A stretch of 64,000 nt of DNA. It comes from Bacteroidota bacterium (GTDB lineage Bacteria > Bacteroidota > Bacteroidia > Sphingobacteriales > Sphingobacteriaceae). The notes below the pieces were generated by a model. The model worked only from the letters and a program-made list of their open reading frames with translations. It made no database searches and was not told the DNA's origin. Below, one piece after another: positions 36,104 through 45,811 of this stretch (positions are counted from its first letter, which is position 1; each line of letters begins with the position of its first letter). The DNA is taken from positions 65,709 through 129,708 of the forward strand of contig JAZKIH010000075.1 of the NCBI GenBank assembly GCA_040384965.1. The letters are read 5' to 3'. The translations under genes were made by a program, and so were the position numbers.

Positions 36104-37510
36104 TTATTGGTTGTTATTTTCAGAGCCTGGAAAATGTTTTTTCCCTTTCATCCGGGAGTAAAGAACTCGCTTTACTCGCAGGTGATATTTACTGTACATT
36201 TCGGGATAGAATTTATATGCATATATCAAAGTATTTCTCATTCTTATATTAAGTTCTTTTCGCAAAACTATCTTAGCGATAAAAAAGCCGATGATTGCTG
36301 AAATGAGTGATGCATAGGCGGCGCCCATAATTCCCAGCCATGTAATCAGTGGGTAATTCAAACTGATGTTAATACTGGCAGTTGCTAACACAATAAAAAA
36401 CGTAGCTCTTGTTTTTCCTATGGAATCTAAAATTGTGCCTACCTGCCGGCCGTATGGAATTAGCAAGCAATATAATAGCGTTACATGCAAAAGCGGTACA
36501 GCATCCTCATAATTGTTGCCCGCAATTAAATATACAATTTGGTCAGAAAAAAGGAAAAGAAACAGAACTGCTGGAATAAGTATAGCCATTAAAATTCCAA
36601 CCGATTTTTCATATAAATACTTAATGGCATCTTTTCCTTCCGACTCTATTCTCATGGCGCTTTGAGGGAACACAATGGTAGCGACAGCATTAGTTGGGAT
36701 ATCAACCAGATTAGTTATACGCACAGCCACATTGAATGCGCCTGATGCTGCTGGTGATATCATGGCTCCCAGCATCATCTGGTCAATCGTATTTGCAAGA
36801 ATTCCGCTCACCGAAGTTCCAAAAGCATATTTGCTAAAATGAAACATGCGTTTAATCCATTCTGGATAGATTTTGAAGGAGAGCAGGAGATGTGGCCGGA
36901 CATAACGATATGAAAGGACAAGCGAGATCAAAACGGTAACTATTTGTAAATAAACAAGGTTGATTAACTCAACCTTGATATCGAATATAAAGCATAAAAA
37001 TAGATAGCCTGTGAATGTGCCCTGCCTAACAAATGAACTAATGAAAATGCCTCTGAATTTTAAATTGGCTTGTTCTATGCAATTTAACTGAACAAGAATT
37101 CCCGAGAGCAGGAACACAACATTGTAAAGTTGAAAGATAGGGACAAGTTCAGGAGAATCCCAGGCCTTTGCCAAAAGTGGTGCAAACAACAGACTGATAA
37201 CAATGCAGCCTAAAGTCAAAATGCCAGTTATCACAAATGAAGAGGAAATAATTTTTGAGTGATCTTCTTCGTCACTCCCGGAAATGAATTTTATCAGAGC
37301 ATTTTGGACCAGACCGCTTCTCACGATCTCCAAAACTGTCACTGTACTTAAGAATAATGTCCAGCTGCCAAATGCATGCTCATCGAGAAGATAGTGGACC
37401 AGTAGATAGAAGGTCGCAAAACCAAAAAAAACACCTGACAGATTCTGAAGGATCGTAAAAAAACCAGATCTGATCCAATAAACATCCTTGCCCCTCCCGC
37501 TTATCTTCAT
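36104..37510 (-). CDS. wzx: Wzx-like oligosaccharide flippase (MOP/PST family)
   Basis: 468 aa with about 12-14 TM helices. It has the typical PST organisation and a basic C-terminal tail. Its ATG overlaps the upstream TGA (ATGA). Confidence 0.8.
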   Translation of the reverse strand: MKISGRGKDVYWIRSGFFTILQNLSGVFFGFATFYLLVHYLLDEHAFGSWTLFLSTVTVLEIVRSGLVQNALIKFISGSDEEDHSKIISSSFVITGILTLGCIVISLLFAPLLAKAWDSPELVPIFQLYNVVFLLSGILVQLNCIEQANLKFRGIFISSFVRQGTFTGYLFLCFIFDIKVELINLVYLQIVTVLISLVLSYRYVRPHLLLSFKIYPEWIKRMFHFSKYAFGTSVSGILANTIDQMMLGAMISPAASGAFNVAVRITNLVDIPTNAVATIVFPQSAMRIESEGKDAIKYLYEKSVGILMAILIPAVLFLFLFSDQIVYLIAGNNYEDAVPLLHVTLLYCLLIPYGRQVGTILDSIGKTRATFFIVLATASINISLNYPLITWLGIMGAAYASLISAIIGFFIAKIVLRKELNIRMRNTLIYAYKFYPEMYSKYHLRVKRVLYSRMKGKKHFPGSENNNQ

Positions 37511-38475
37511 ACTTCAGTTAGCTGACGGCAATAGTATAAAGAAACGATCTTTTTTAGTTCGTCTTCATTTTTTGCATGATGGATTTTTGCACCCGATAGT
37601 TGAGGATATAGTTTTGAATAACAATTGAAATGATGCTCAGGTCCTTTTTTGGATAGAATAATGTTTGTTCCCCCAAAATAGCTCGCCAGAGTAGCTGTAC
37701 CCCCATGTGTGGAAATAAAGCAATCCGAATTGGCATAGACCATTAATTGCAGATGATTGAAACTTCGTGCATTTGCCTGGTTCTCGGTATACAAGTCGTC
37801 AAGTAAAATCACCTCCGGATATTCAGTTCGTAACCAGTCATATTCGTTCAAATCGAAAATTGTACTATCGTCAGAAACTATATTTACTACTTTCGGCCGA
37901 TTATATATAATGGTGTAGTTTTCTCTTAAATTTTCGATCAAAAACTTAAGCATTGGGATGTCAAAAAAGCTTATAGGCGGTCCGTTCCATTCTTCATTAT
38001 ACCGGTTTGCAATAACAAGGCTGGGCTTTTCGAATACGTAAATGTCATTTTTATAATAGTCTTTTAACGGTACCGAAAGCCATTTGCTCATGTCATAATT
38101 CTGGCTATAAAGGATTCTCGGCAGTTCGAAGTCGTAATTCCCCTCGTTTGTCCGGGAATCAAATATTTCCTCATGGTCAGGGGAAAAAAAATAAAGCTCG
38201 CGTGTGTATTTTGAAGATCTGGTCTTTTTCAAGGTCCCGTTCTTAAAATGCCAGTAAGCAAAGGGGAGGGCGAATTGCAATTCAGGTGCAAATTCACCCT
38301 GGAAAGAAACAATTTTGTATTTCTGTTTTAAGAAGTAGTCACGAATGATGTATTTAGTTTGAACCAACTGGCAAACAATGGTATCCCTGTAGAAGTATCT
38401 TAACAATGGATCCACCCGTGGGTACTTCAAAAGCAGGTAAAAGCTTAGTAGCTTATTTAGCAATTTAGAGATCAT
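37507..38475 (-). CDS. Hypothetical protein, possible unclassified glycosyltransferase
   Basis: 322 aa. No known family was recognised by eye. C-terminal ISTHGGTATLASYFGGTNIILSKKG resembles nucleotide-sugar-binding loops of GT-B-like enzymes. It is translationally coupled inside a GT-rich operon. Confidence 0.5.
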   Translation of the reverse strand: MISKLLNKLLSFYLLLKYPRVDPLLRYFYRDTIVCQLVQTKYIIRDYFLKQKYKIVSFQGEFAPELQFALPFAYWHFKNGTLKKTRSSKYTRELYFFSPDHEEIFDSRTNEGNYDFELPRILYSQNYDMSKWLSVPLKDYYKNDIYVFEKPSLVIANRYNEEWNGPPISFFDIPMLKFLIENLRENYTIIYNRPKVVNIVSDDSTIFDLNEYDWLRTEYPEVILLDDLYTENQANARSFNHLQLMVYANSDCFISTHGGTATLASYFGGTNIILSKKGPEHHFNCYSKLYPQLSGAKIHHAKNEDELKKIVSLYYCRQLTEV

Positions 38476-38479
38476 ATTA

Positions 38480-39382
38480 TCAAGTGTTATTTGATCTCTT
38501 TGATCTTAATCCATTGGATATGTAATTTATAGCATTATTCCCGTGAAGCTTAAGTCTGTTTTGAAAGGATCGAAAGATTCCACCTTCTGCGCGAAGCCGT
38601 CGTGACGACGTAAATGCTCTGGTATCATTACCGGTTAGCTGTTTTAAACGGCCTTTAGTTAATAAATTAAGAGCCATTGTTCCGTCTTCGGCTTCATCAA
38701 CAAAGTACTCGCTGCCCAGGGCATTATCATAGATTCGAGCTCTTTTTACTTTAAAACCGCTGCCGGTCTTGCCTATTTCGGTCACGAAACCCATATTGAA
38801 GCCCAGGACATTAATAAACTCATGTCTGGGTTTCCTGATCTTGATAAGGACGCTTGTTAATGTTTCATAAAAGAAAAAGCTTAATCGACTTTGTTTTTCT
38901 CCAGGAACAAAGGAATATCTGCCGTAAACCCCAACTATTTCTGGATCGTCCTTCATAGGCTTTACCATTGAATCTATCCATTCTGGCGGATATAAAGTAT
39001 CTGAATCTGCACACAGATGAAATTTCCCTTTTGCATTTTCCAGTCCCATTTGTCGTGCATGGGAAGGGCCCTGAAGGACTTGTAACAGACTTTTAACATT
39101 TAACCTGTCAAGAATTTCCTGGGTAGTGTCAGTAGAATTATTATTAACAACGATAATTTCGACGTTCTTAGAAGTGATGTTTGATGCAAGTGATGAAAGG
39201 GTTTTGTGGATACACCCTTCTTCGTTCCATGCCGGCACCACAATAGACACTTCAGGATCAGTTGAGCGGAATTTACTGAGTCGTTCTTTCAACTCATTAA
39301 CTTCCTCTTGAGAAAGCTCGCTAAAATTTCTATCCGCATATAAGTGCGGAATTATCCATGGCGGTAGTTTGAATATCGACAT
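38480..39382 (-). CDS. Family 2 glycosyltransferase
   Basis: From ORF 38480..39391, whose track start is TTG. The first ATG (MSIFKLPPW) is at 39382. Motifs are VSIVVPAWNEE, VNNNSTD and CADSDT. Confidence 0.85.
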   Translation of the reverse strand: MSIFKLPPWIIPHLYADRNFSELSQEEVNELKERLSKFRSTDPEVSIVVPAWNEEGCIHKTLSSLASNITSKNVEIIVVNNNSTDTTQEILDRLNVKSLLQVLQGPSHARQMGLENAKGKFHLCADSDTLYPPEWIDSMVKPMKDDPEIVGVYGRYSFVPGEKQSRLSFFFYETLTSVLIKIRKPRHEFINVLGFNMGFVTEIGKTGSGFKVKRARIYDNALGSEYFVDEAEDGTMALNLLTKGRLKQLTGNDTRAFTSSRRLRAEGGIFRSFQNRLKLHGNNAINYISNGLRSKRSNNT

Positions 39383-39435
39383 CAAATACAAGGTCTTAAA
39401 ATGGGGACTTTCACAATGAGTGCAGTAATTGTAAA

Positions 39436-40320
39436 TTAAAAATTCAGACTTACATACCGCTCCAGCTTATTATACAGCTTTTTTGTAATTCTGTGCATTT
39501 CTCCTACCCGTTTGGAACCACTCCAGTGGGTTTGCGATAAATACTGATCAAAAATCTGTTGGTAGCGCGGGTTATTTGAATAGGTGCGATACATAGGCTT
39601 TCGTCCACTAAAATGAATAATATATGGGCTATCCTCTTGCGAGGTTGAGTGGCAGTTCCACAATGGATCCAGTTCTAGCCAATTACCAGCGAATATAATA
39701 TTCAGACCATATTGATCTGGGTAATTAGCGAATTCTATATTGTTGTTAATGCAATTTATTGTTTTGTCAGCAATTTCCTCGATCTTCCACTTTATCGGGT
39801 CCATCAATAACAACCCGCTGTTGAAATACTTCAAATCTCCTGAAAGTCCAAGATCATGATAGTTAGCGATACCACCCCAATTACTGATTGTTTGCGGCCG
39901 ATCAATAACTGCAGCCAGGGTTTTATCACCTAATTCCACAGCAAAGAGTTTAGAAATATCTGTTAACACAATCATGTCCACATCTAAATAGAGGACTTTT
40001 TCAACGTTTTCTGGAATAAAATAAGGAATAAACAGACGTGCGTAGATATTTAACGGGAACGATGAATTATCAAGGGGTAACTTTACCTGAGTTGGAATAA
40101 TTTCGTCGATTTTTTTCCAAATTATTGAAATCTTGTCCGATTGAATGGACTCCTCTAGCTTTTTTTTATTCTCTTTTCTGATATTGTCTTCAACGATATA
40201 ATAGTCAATCAACTCTCCTGTTGTATGATTCACCTCTATTGACTTCATGAGAGCAGCCAATAAGGATACATAATGATTGTCGCATACAGATACAATAGAA
40301 AGTGTTTTGGATAAACTCAT
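39436..40320 (-). CDS. Family 8 glycosyltransferase (LPS glucosyl/galactosyltransferase-like)
   Basis: 294 aa. GT8 motifs are YLDVDMIV (DxD), YFNSGLLLMD and IIHFSGRKP. Confidence 0.85.
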   Translation of the reverse strand: MSLSKTLSIVSVCDNHYVSLLAALMKSIEVNHTTGELIDYYIVEDNIRKENKKKLEESIQSDKISIIWKKIDEIIPTQVKLPLDNSSFPLNIYARLFIPYFIPENVEKVLYLDVDMIVLTDISKLFAVELGDKTLAAVIDRPQTISNWGGIANYHDLGLSGDLKYFNSGLLLMDPIKWKIEEIADKTINCINNNIEFANYPDQYGLNIIFAGNWLELDPLWNCHSTSQEDSPYIIHFSGRKPMYRTYSNNPRYQQIFDQYLSQTHWSGSKRVGEMHRITKKLYNKLERYVSLNF

Positions 40321-40415
40321 TCGTCTGTCAAAGCTAGTTTAACTGATGTTTAAAGATAATTATATAAAATAGATGCAGCATATGTTTTAAATGGAATTGT
40401 ATAAAGACTTTCAGA

Positions 40416-41630
40416 TCAACTGCTAGGCTTTGAATTACTCAAATGCATTTCGATAAGCTTCTCTATATCAGCCGCTCGCGTTTCCCAGGTGTTCTTCCTG
40501 CTTATTTCTAACCGATTCAATCGCTTATCATCATTATCATTGATCAAAGCCTCGTTCAGTGCTTTTGAAAAGGCAAAAGCGCCATCGCAAAATGTCACAG
40601 TATTTCCGGTAAATTCCCGGAGGTCGGGATTGAAATCGGTAGCAACAACCGGCTTTCCTGAGGCAAGATATTCAAATAGTTTCAGTGGAAATATAGAAGC
40701 ACTCACTTCATCCTTCGTGAAGGGAATTATCGCTACATCAAAACCCTTTAGAACAGATGGAGTTTCATCATATGTAACAGGTCCCATGAGATGGACATTT
40801 TGGATGCTTCTAAACCATTCAGGGATATAATCTTCGTTTTTCGGGCCGACAAAAACAAAGCTTTTGTCTAAATTTTGCTCTGCAACGTCCCTGATTAATT
40901 TGTAATCCATTCGCCGTTCTATAGTTCCGATGTATCCAATAATTGGTTTCGGTATAGCGGTTATTCGCGGATCGGTAATGGTAGCCTTGTCGAATGTTTT
41001 GTTAAAATAGTTTGAATCGGCTGCGTTTGGGACAAAATAAGTGTTGGCGTTTAACTCTTTTTTCTCGTTATATAACTGCCTGCTTGTACATATCACTAAA
41101 TCGCTGTTTTTGACAAGTACCTTTTCAGAAACAATTCCATGTTTCTTATCGTATGGCATTATCATCGGATCTACACAATGATAGATTTCTAGCGCAGGTT
41201 TTAGCCCTTCGGTGACTCCCGGGTAATGAAAATTAAACGAGTTAAAATAAACATAGTCTGAAATTCCGTGATTTTTCAACACTTGCTTTAGTTTCAATCG
41301 TATCACTAATTCATTAAATTTCAGGAGCTTCCTGTACAACTGGCCTTCTTTCAGAAAGTTAATCGAAAGGAGAGGAGGTAAGATGATTATTTTTAGGCCG
41401 CTGTCAGACTCAATAACCCTTCCTGAAAAAGGGGAGAAAAACGACCATCTTGATTTAAGTTGTTGTTTGTTTTTAGCGCGAAAACAATCCCGAAATGTAA
41501 ACGGATAATCAATGTAATAAACAGCGTTGTTTTTTGCTAGTTCTCTCGCTATCGAAAAACTTGTCGACTGGTCTGAGCCATCAAATTTTGTAGTGCCTAA
41601 AAACAGAATGGATAGTTTCTGGGAACTCAT
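40416..41630 (-). CDS. GT-B (family 4-like) glycosyltransferase
   Basis: 404 aa. C-terminal EX7E-type region is FPLKLFEYLASGKPVVAT. Its ATG overlaps the upstream TGA. Confidence 0.8.
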   Translation of the reverse strand: MSSQKLSILFLGTTKFDGSDQSTSFSIARELAKNNAVYYIDYPFTFRDCFRAKNKQQLKSRWSFFSPFSGRVIESDSGLKIIILPPLLSINFLKEGQLYRKLLKFNELVIRLKLKQVLKNHGISDYVYFNSFNFHYPGVTEGLKPALEIYHCVDPMIMPYDKKHGIVSEKVLVKNSDLVICTSRQLYNEKKELNANTYFVPNAADSNYFNKTFDKATITDPRITAIPKPIIGYIGTIERRMDYKLIRDVAEQNLDKSFVFVGPKNEDYIPEWFRSIQNVHLMGPVTYDETPSVLKGFDVAIIPFTKDEVSASIFPLKLFEYLASGKPVVATDFNPDLREFTGNTVTFCDGAFAFSKALNEALINDNDDKRLNRLEISRKNTWETRAADIEKLIEMHLSNSKPSS

Positions 41631-42253
41631 TTAATTTTCTCCCAGATTTTGGTTTGAGGATTATATGTTTTTATCACTTTAGCTGGATTACCCACGGCAA
41701 CGCTAAATGGGGGGATATCTTTCGTGACGACACTTCCGGCACCAATAATACAATGAGTTCCCAAAGTTACACCTGCTGTAATTGTACTGTTGGCTCCGAT
41801 CCAGACTTTGTCGCCAATTCTAATAATTGCGGTGGTAACTTTTTGTCTCATTGGAGACTTGCTTACGTCTTCATAGCCATGGTTCAAGCCTGAAATAACA
41901 ATATTTTGGGCTAATATTACTTCGTCTCCAATTTCGACAGGGCCTATTATTACATTACTAACACCTATCAGCGAACTTTTTCCAATGATCACATCTCCAA
42001 CAGCATTATTCACAGTACTAAAATCTTCAATCACTGAATCATCACCAATTTGAAAATCCCTAAAAGGAAACACATCCATTCTTGTTCTCCAGCGTATAAT
42101 AGATCCTCTGCCTTTCCGGTGGAAAAAAGGATTAACAATTAACCTTACCCATAAGCGTGGCCTGTACTCTCCGGTTGGGATAAGCATCCATGAAGCCAGT
42201 TTTTTCAGGGCCGGATTAGATTTTATTTTATTTTTGATAGTCATGCTCGGCAT
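41627..42253 (-). CDS. Hexapeptide-repeat (left-handed beta-helix) O-acetyltransferase
   Basis: 208 aa. Hexapeptide repeats run through IGDKVWIGANSTITAGVTLGTHCIIGAGSVVTKDIPPFSVAVGNPAKVI. Confidence 0.85.
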   Translation of the reverse strand: MPSMTIKNKIKSNPALKKLASWMLIPTGEYRPRLWVRLIVNPFFHRKGRGSIIRWRTRMDVFPFRDFQIGDDSVIEDFSTVNNAVGDVIIGKSSLIGVSNVIIGPVEIGDEVILAQNIVISGLNHGYEDVSKSPMRQKVTTAIIRIGDKVWIGANSTITAGVTLGTHCIIGAGSVVTKDIPPFSVAVGNPAKVIKTYNPQTKIWEKIK

Positions 42254-42256
42254 TTG

Positions 42257-43732
42257 TCAATGAAGGACTTTATCTTCAGGCATGTGAATCTTTTCTTGAT
42301 ATTCCTTATCTATTCGATAGGTGATATTTATCAGTGCTGTAATCAGATAAAAATAAATATTCGCAGGAAATTGTACTAAAGCTTCCTGCGGATAGTTCCC
42401 AATGTTAATTGCAAAGACAATTAACACCATCGCTAAACAATAGCTTTTTAACTCTGGATCTTTGATCAAATAATAATTGTTAATGCCCGTTTTTAAAATT
42501 ATAAACATCAATATACAAAAGAGAAGCAGCCCAAGCCATCCCAACTCAACTGCTACCCGAACATATCCGCTATCAGGAGGAAAAGAAGCCAGGAAAGAAC
42601 CTGGTGAAAATTTAACACCCCATATGCCCGTTGAACCAAGTCCGCCACCCAATGGATGAGTCTGTATAAATGGCTGAATCCTTTTCTGGTTAATTGCCCG
42701 GACGTTGAAAGAGGCGTCATTTGATGGCTTAAATGCAGTTTGGAATCTGTACAGGGCGAGATTACTCGTTGGTACATATATAAGAAACATGATAAACACG
42801 GTTGCTACCCCGGCAAAGAATACCATTTTTTTATTAAATACCAGAATCACAAGAAGTATTAAAGCTGCTGGGAACAATATAAAAGCACTCCTGGTTCCGG
42901 AGTATAACATATTCATTAAGAAAAAGCAGATAAGAAAAAACAGAATAACTTTCTTAGCTCGCGATACAGGACCAAACATCAAGCCGAGGCACAGTATACT
43001 CGCAATGATCATGTTGTAGGAAAAAGTTACAGGATCTGAGAAAATTGAGAATTTGCGCCATTCTCCCCCTATAAATAACAGGTCCATGATAATAGGATCG
43101 GAATAAAGATAAGCCTCCTCAAATCCAAAAAAACCTATGTGTTGCTGCTTAAATGCATAGCATGCCGCGAAAAAGCTTAATCCAAGCCAAATCTTTATGA
43201 TCAACCTTATAAAAGAAACGCTACGAATATTGTAACTAAAGATAAAGTAGGTAAGCATAACTATAGCTACGCTTCTTATCGTATACAGCCAGGCTAATCT
43301 GGATTCTGCTGTCGGATTTATAAACTGAAGGAAATTGTAAGCGATCCATACAATGATCATTATACTTATAGGGCTCTTAAAAATGCTCCAGTCAGGCTCA
43401 TATTTTTGTCGGATGAACATGCCGAGTATTAGAAGAGCCTGTAAACCGTCCATAACTGTGCCCAGAGGAAAACTGGTTAAATTCATCCTTAGAATCCAGT
43501 TAATGAAAAAGGGGAGACTAATAAGAATTATTATCCCGAATTTGGCGTTTGTGGCTATCGAATAAACGATCATTGGCGCCAGGATTGCTAAGAGGATCGT
43601 AACTCCTGACTTAACTCCTCCTTCTTTAATAAAAAAAGCGAAAGAAATAGCTATTAGCACAAGTAACGCTATTCCCAAAGGTTTCTTTAACCGTTTAATT
43701 TTTGAAAACGAAGTGGAGAATACGTTCTTCAA
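42257..43732 (-). CDS. wzy: O-antigen polymerase/ligase-like (Wzy-type) membrane protein
   Basis: 491 aa with at least 10 TM helices and a large loop near the C-terminal third. This is typical Wzy/O-antigen-ligase architecture. The start at 43732 is TTG, and the reading frame opens directly after an in-frame TAG (see findings). Confidence 0.7.
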   Translation of the reverse strand: MKNVFSTSFSKIKRLKKPLGIALLVLIAISFAFFIKEGGVKSGVTILLAILAPMIVYSIATNAKFGIIILISLPFFINWILRMNLTSFPLGTVMDGLQALLILGMFIRQKYEPDWSIFKSPISIMIIVWIAYNFLQFINPTAESRLAWLYTIRSVAIVMLTYFIFSYNIRSVSFIRLIIKIWLGLSFFAACYAFKQQHIGFFGFEEAYLYSDPIIMDLLFIGGEWRKFSIFSDPVTFSYNMIIASILCLGLMFGPVSRAKKVILFFLICFFLMNMLYSGTRSAFILFPAALILLVILVFNKKMVFFAGVATVFIMFLIYVPTSNLALYRFQTAFKPSNDASFNVRAINQKRIQPFIQTHPLGGGLGSTGIWGVKFSPGSFLASFPPDSGYVRVAVELGWLGLLLFCILMFIILKTGINNYYLIKDPELKSYCLAMVLIVFAINIGNYPQEALVQFPANIYFYLITALINITYRIDKEYQEKIHMPEDKVLH

Positions 43733-43875
43733 TTTATATTGGGTTACGCTCTAGAAAAAAAGAATTTTAAAAAAGAAGAAAAAAACACTTAAAAAGGCGA
43801 TTATGATCGCGACTTTCCTGGTCATAAATTGAATGTTTTCTTCTGTAGTTTTGACCTGTTTTGTACTATTTGTTC

Positions 43876-44613
43876 TCATACAATTTGATCAGAAGGAATG
43901 AAAAAGAAATTAATTCCGGTTTGGTCATCCATATTTACAAGATTTCCGTTTCGAAATACTTTTGTTTTGTACCCAAGATTTTCAAGGAAGTCGATAGTCA
44001 TTTTCCGCATCTCATTCTCCCATAATTCACAATAAATTAAAGGTGTATGCTTTGTCAATAAATTAACACCCCCCTTTAGAACAAAATACTCGAAGTTTTC
44101 AACGTCGATTTTTATTCCTGAAATTCGGCTGGATCCCTGCAGTTCCTCTAAATTATCGAGCGATTTGGCCTTTACAGATATTTGCCTTTCGCCGGAGATT
44201 TCATCGTCACCTTTATAAATATGGCTCAATCCCTGCATCTTAACGTTTTTTATAACGGGCATTACCATTGTTAATTCTCCATCACTTTCTCCAAGGGCCA
44301 AATCGAAAATTTTGACGTTTTTTAATTTGAAAAAGCTTACAACTTTCCGAAGAGCAGCCAGGTTGTCGGGCATCGGCTCAAATGAGAAAACCTGTGCCTG
44401 CGGTTTTTCCCGTGCCAGGGGCACCGTTGTAATTCCAATGTTTGCTCCAATGTCAAGGATAATTCCTTCATTCGGTACAAGATTTACAAAATGTAAAAAA
44501 TCCGCCTCTGCACTGTTTAACTTTAACTTTTTAATTGTTATTATCGAAAAAAGGAACAGATAATTATTGAAGCCCAAACATTTTTGGAGCATATATCGTA
44601 AAAAATGTTTCAT
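43876..44613 (-). CDS. FkbM-family SAM-dependent methyltransferase
   Basis: From ORF 43876..44616, whose first codon is TTG. The ATG is at 44613. Motifs are ILDIGANIGITTVPLA and FSFEPMPDN. Confidence 0.8.
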   Translation of the reverse strand: MKHFLRYMLQKCLGFNNYLFLFSIITIKKLKLNSAEADFLHFVNLVPNEGIILDIGANIGITTVPLAREKPQAQVFSFEPMPDNLAALRKVVSFFKLKNVKIFDLALGESDGELTMVMPVIKNVKMQGLSHIYKGDDEISGERQISVKAKSLDNLEELQGSSRISGIKIDVENFEYFVLKGGVNLLTKHTPLIYCELWENEMRKMTIDFLENLGYKTKVFRNGNLVNMDDQTGINFFFIPSDQIV

Positions 44614-44619
44614 CAACTG

Positions 44620-45810
44620 TTATTTGATATTTTCTGATTTGTCTTTGTGGAAATGTTTGGTTGCAATCGAGCCCTGGTCTATGGACTTTACTTTAAAAAG
44701 AGCTGCAACTTGAAAATATATGAAAGAGGGTATATAAACCATTGATGCCTTAATACGCTTGTCTACCGGGAAATAGTAAAATGGTATTATAAAGCTAATC
44801 ACATAAATAAGCAGGGCTAATGCCCATATTAATGCGATTACAGGATTTAACAAGAAATTTAAAAACATGGTTATAACCGACATTATTAAAAATATAAATA
44901 AAGGAGGCCTTAATAGGGTTATACCAAATACAAATTGATTCCAATTGAAATTACGAAAACCTTTGCCAATCAGTTTGAAACCGTAGTTGAAATATTTGAA
45001 CCAGGTATATATCCATCGGGAACGTTGTTTTACAAGTTGGCTGGTTTTGGATGTTTTTTCGTCATAGACAATAGCTTTTTCAGCAAAAGCTATTCTTAGT
45101 CCCCGACTAACAATTTCAAATTGCAGAACCTTATCGAATCCAGCTTTATTAATTTCATGATCTCGGAGACATTCTTCATATAAATCGGTGCTGAATGCCA
45201 TTCCTGATCCCGAAAGGGTAGAAGAAGAACCGAGGCGAAAGAGAATCTTTCCATCATAGAAATGATAGTAAACATCTCGTAAGGCATCGAGGGAAGAGTA
45301 TGTGGTATCTAGATTTTTTGGCTTTCGTATGCCTTGAACACCTTGATAGCCATTGTCGAAAAATTTGTTGAGCTCGTTCAGGTAGTTTTTATCAACAAGA
45401 TTATCACTATCGATAATTGTGAGTCTTTCATGGTTACGCTTGAACCGATTTATTGCGTAAAAGTGAGAACCAATATTACTGGCAATGATTTTTTCAGGCC
45501 GCAATACAACGATTCGCTCGTTTTCGAAAGTAAGGTCCGACACATCGCAATTGTCGGCGACTATATAAACTATAAAGTTTGAATAGTTCATAGACAATAA
45601 CGAGTCGACGAGTTGGGGAATCAATGCAGTTTCCTCATATGCCGTGACAATAATTCCATAGTCTGCCTCGGCAGGATTACGTTCCTGAGAGATGGGTGAT
45701 GGATCTTTTCGCAGCCGGGATAAAAGGAAAAGTATAAGAGGAGTGATCAGATTATATCCTATAATAACCTGACATATTAGCCAGACGTAATAGATTATCC
45801 TGTCGTTCAT
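44620..45810 (-). CDS. Membrane-embedded GT2, synthase-like (QxxRW-type)
   Basis: 396 aa. It has an N-terminal TM helix, a GT-A core (IVTAYEE, IVADNCD, IIDSDNL, GSGMAF), VKQRSRW (Q-R-x-R-W) and C-terminal TM helices. Confidence 0.8.
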   Translation of the reverse strand: MNDRIIYYVWLICQVIIGYNLITPLILFLLSRLRKDPSPISQERNPAEADYGIIVTAYEETALIPQLVDSLLSMNYSNFIVYIVADNCDVSDLTFENERIVVLRPEKIIASNIGSHFYAINRFKRNHERLTIIDSDNLVDKNYLNELNKFFDNGYQGVQGIRKPKNLDTTYSSLDALRDVYYHFYDGKILFRLGSSSTLSGSGMAFSTDLYEECLRDHEINKAGFDKVLQFEIVSRGLRIAFAEKAIVYDEKTSKTSQLVKQRSRWIYTWFKYFNYGFKLIGKGFRNFNWNQFVFGITLLRPPLFIFLIMSVITMFLNFLLNPVIALIWALALLIYVISFIIPFYYFPVDKRIKASMVYIPSFIYFQVAALFKVKSIDQGSIATKHFHKDKSENIK

Positions 45811-45811
45811 G

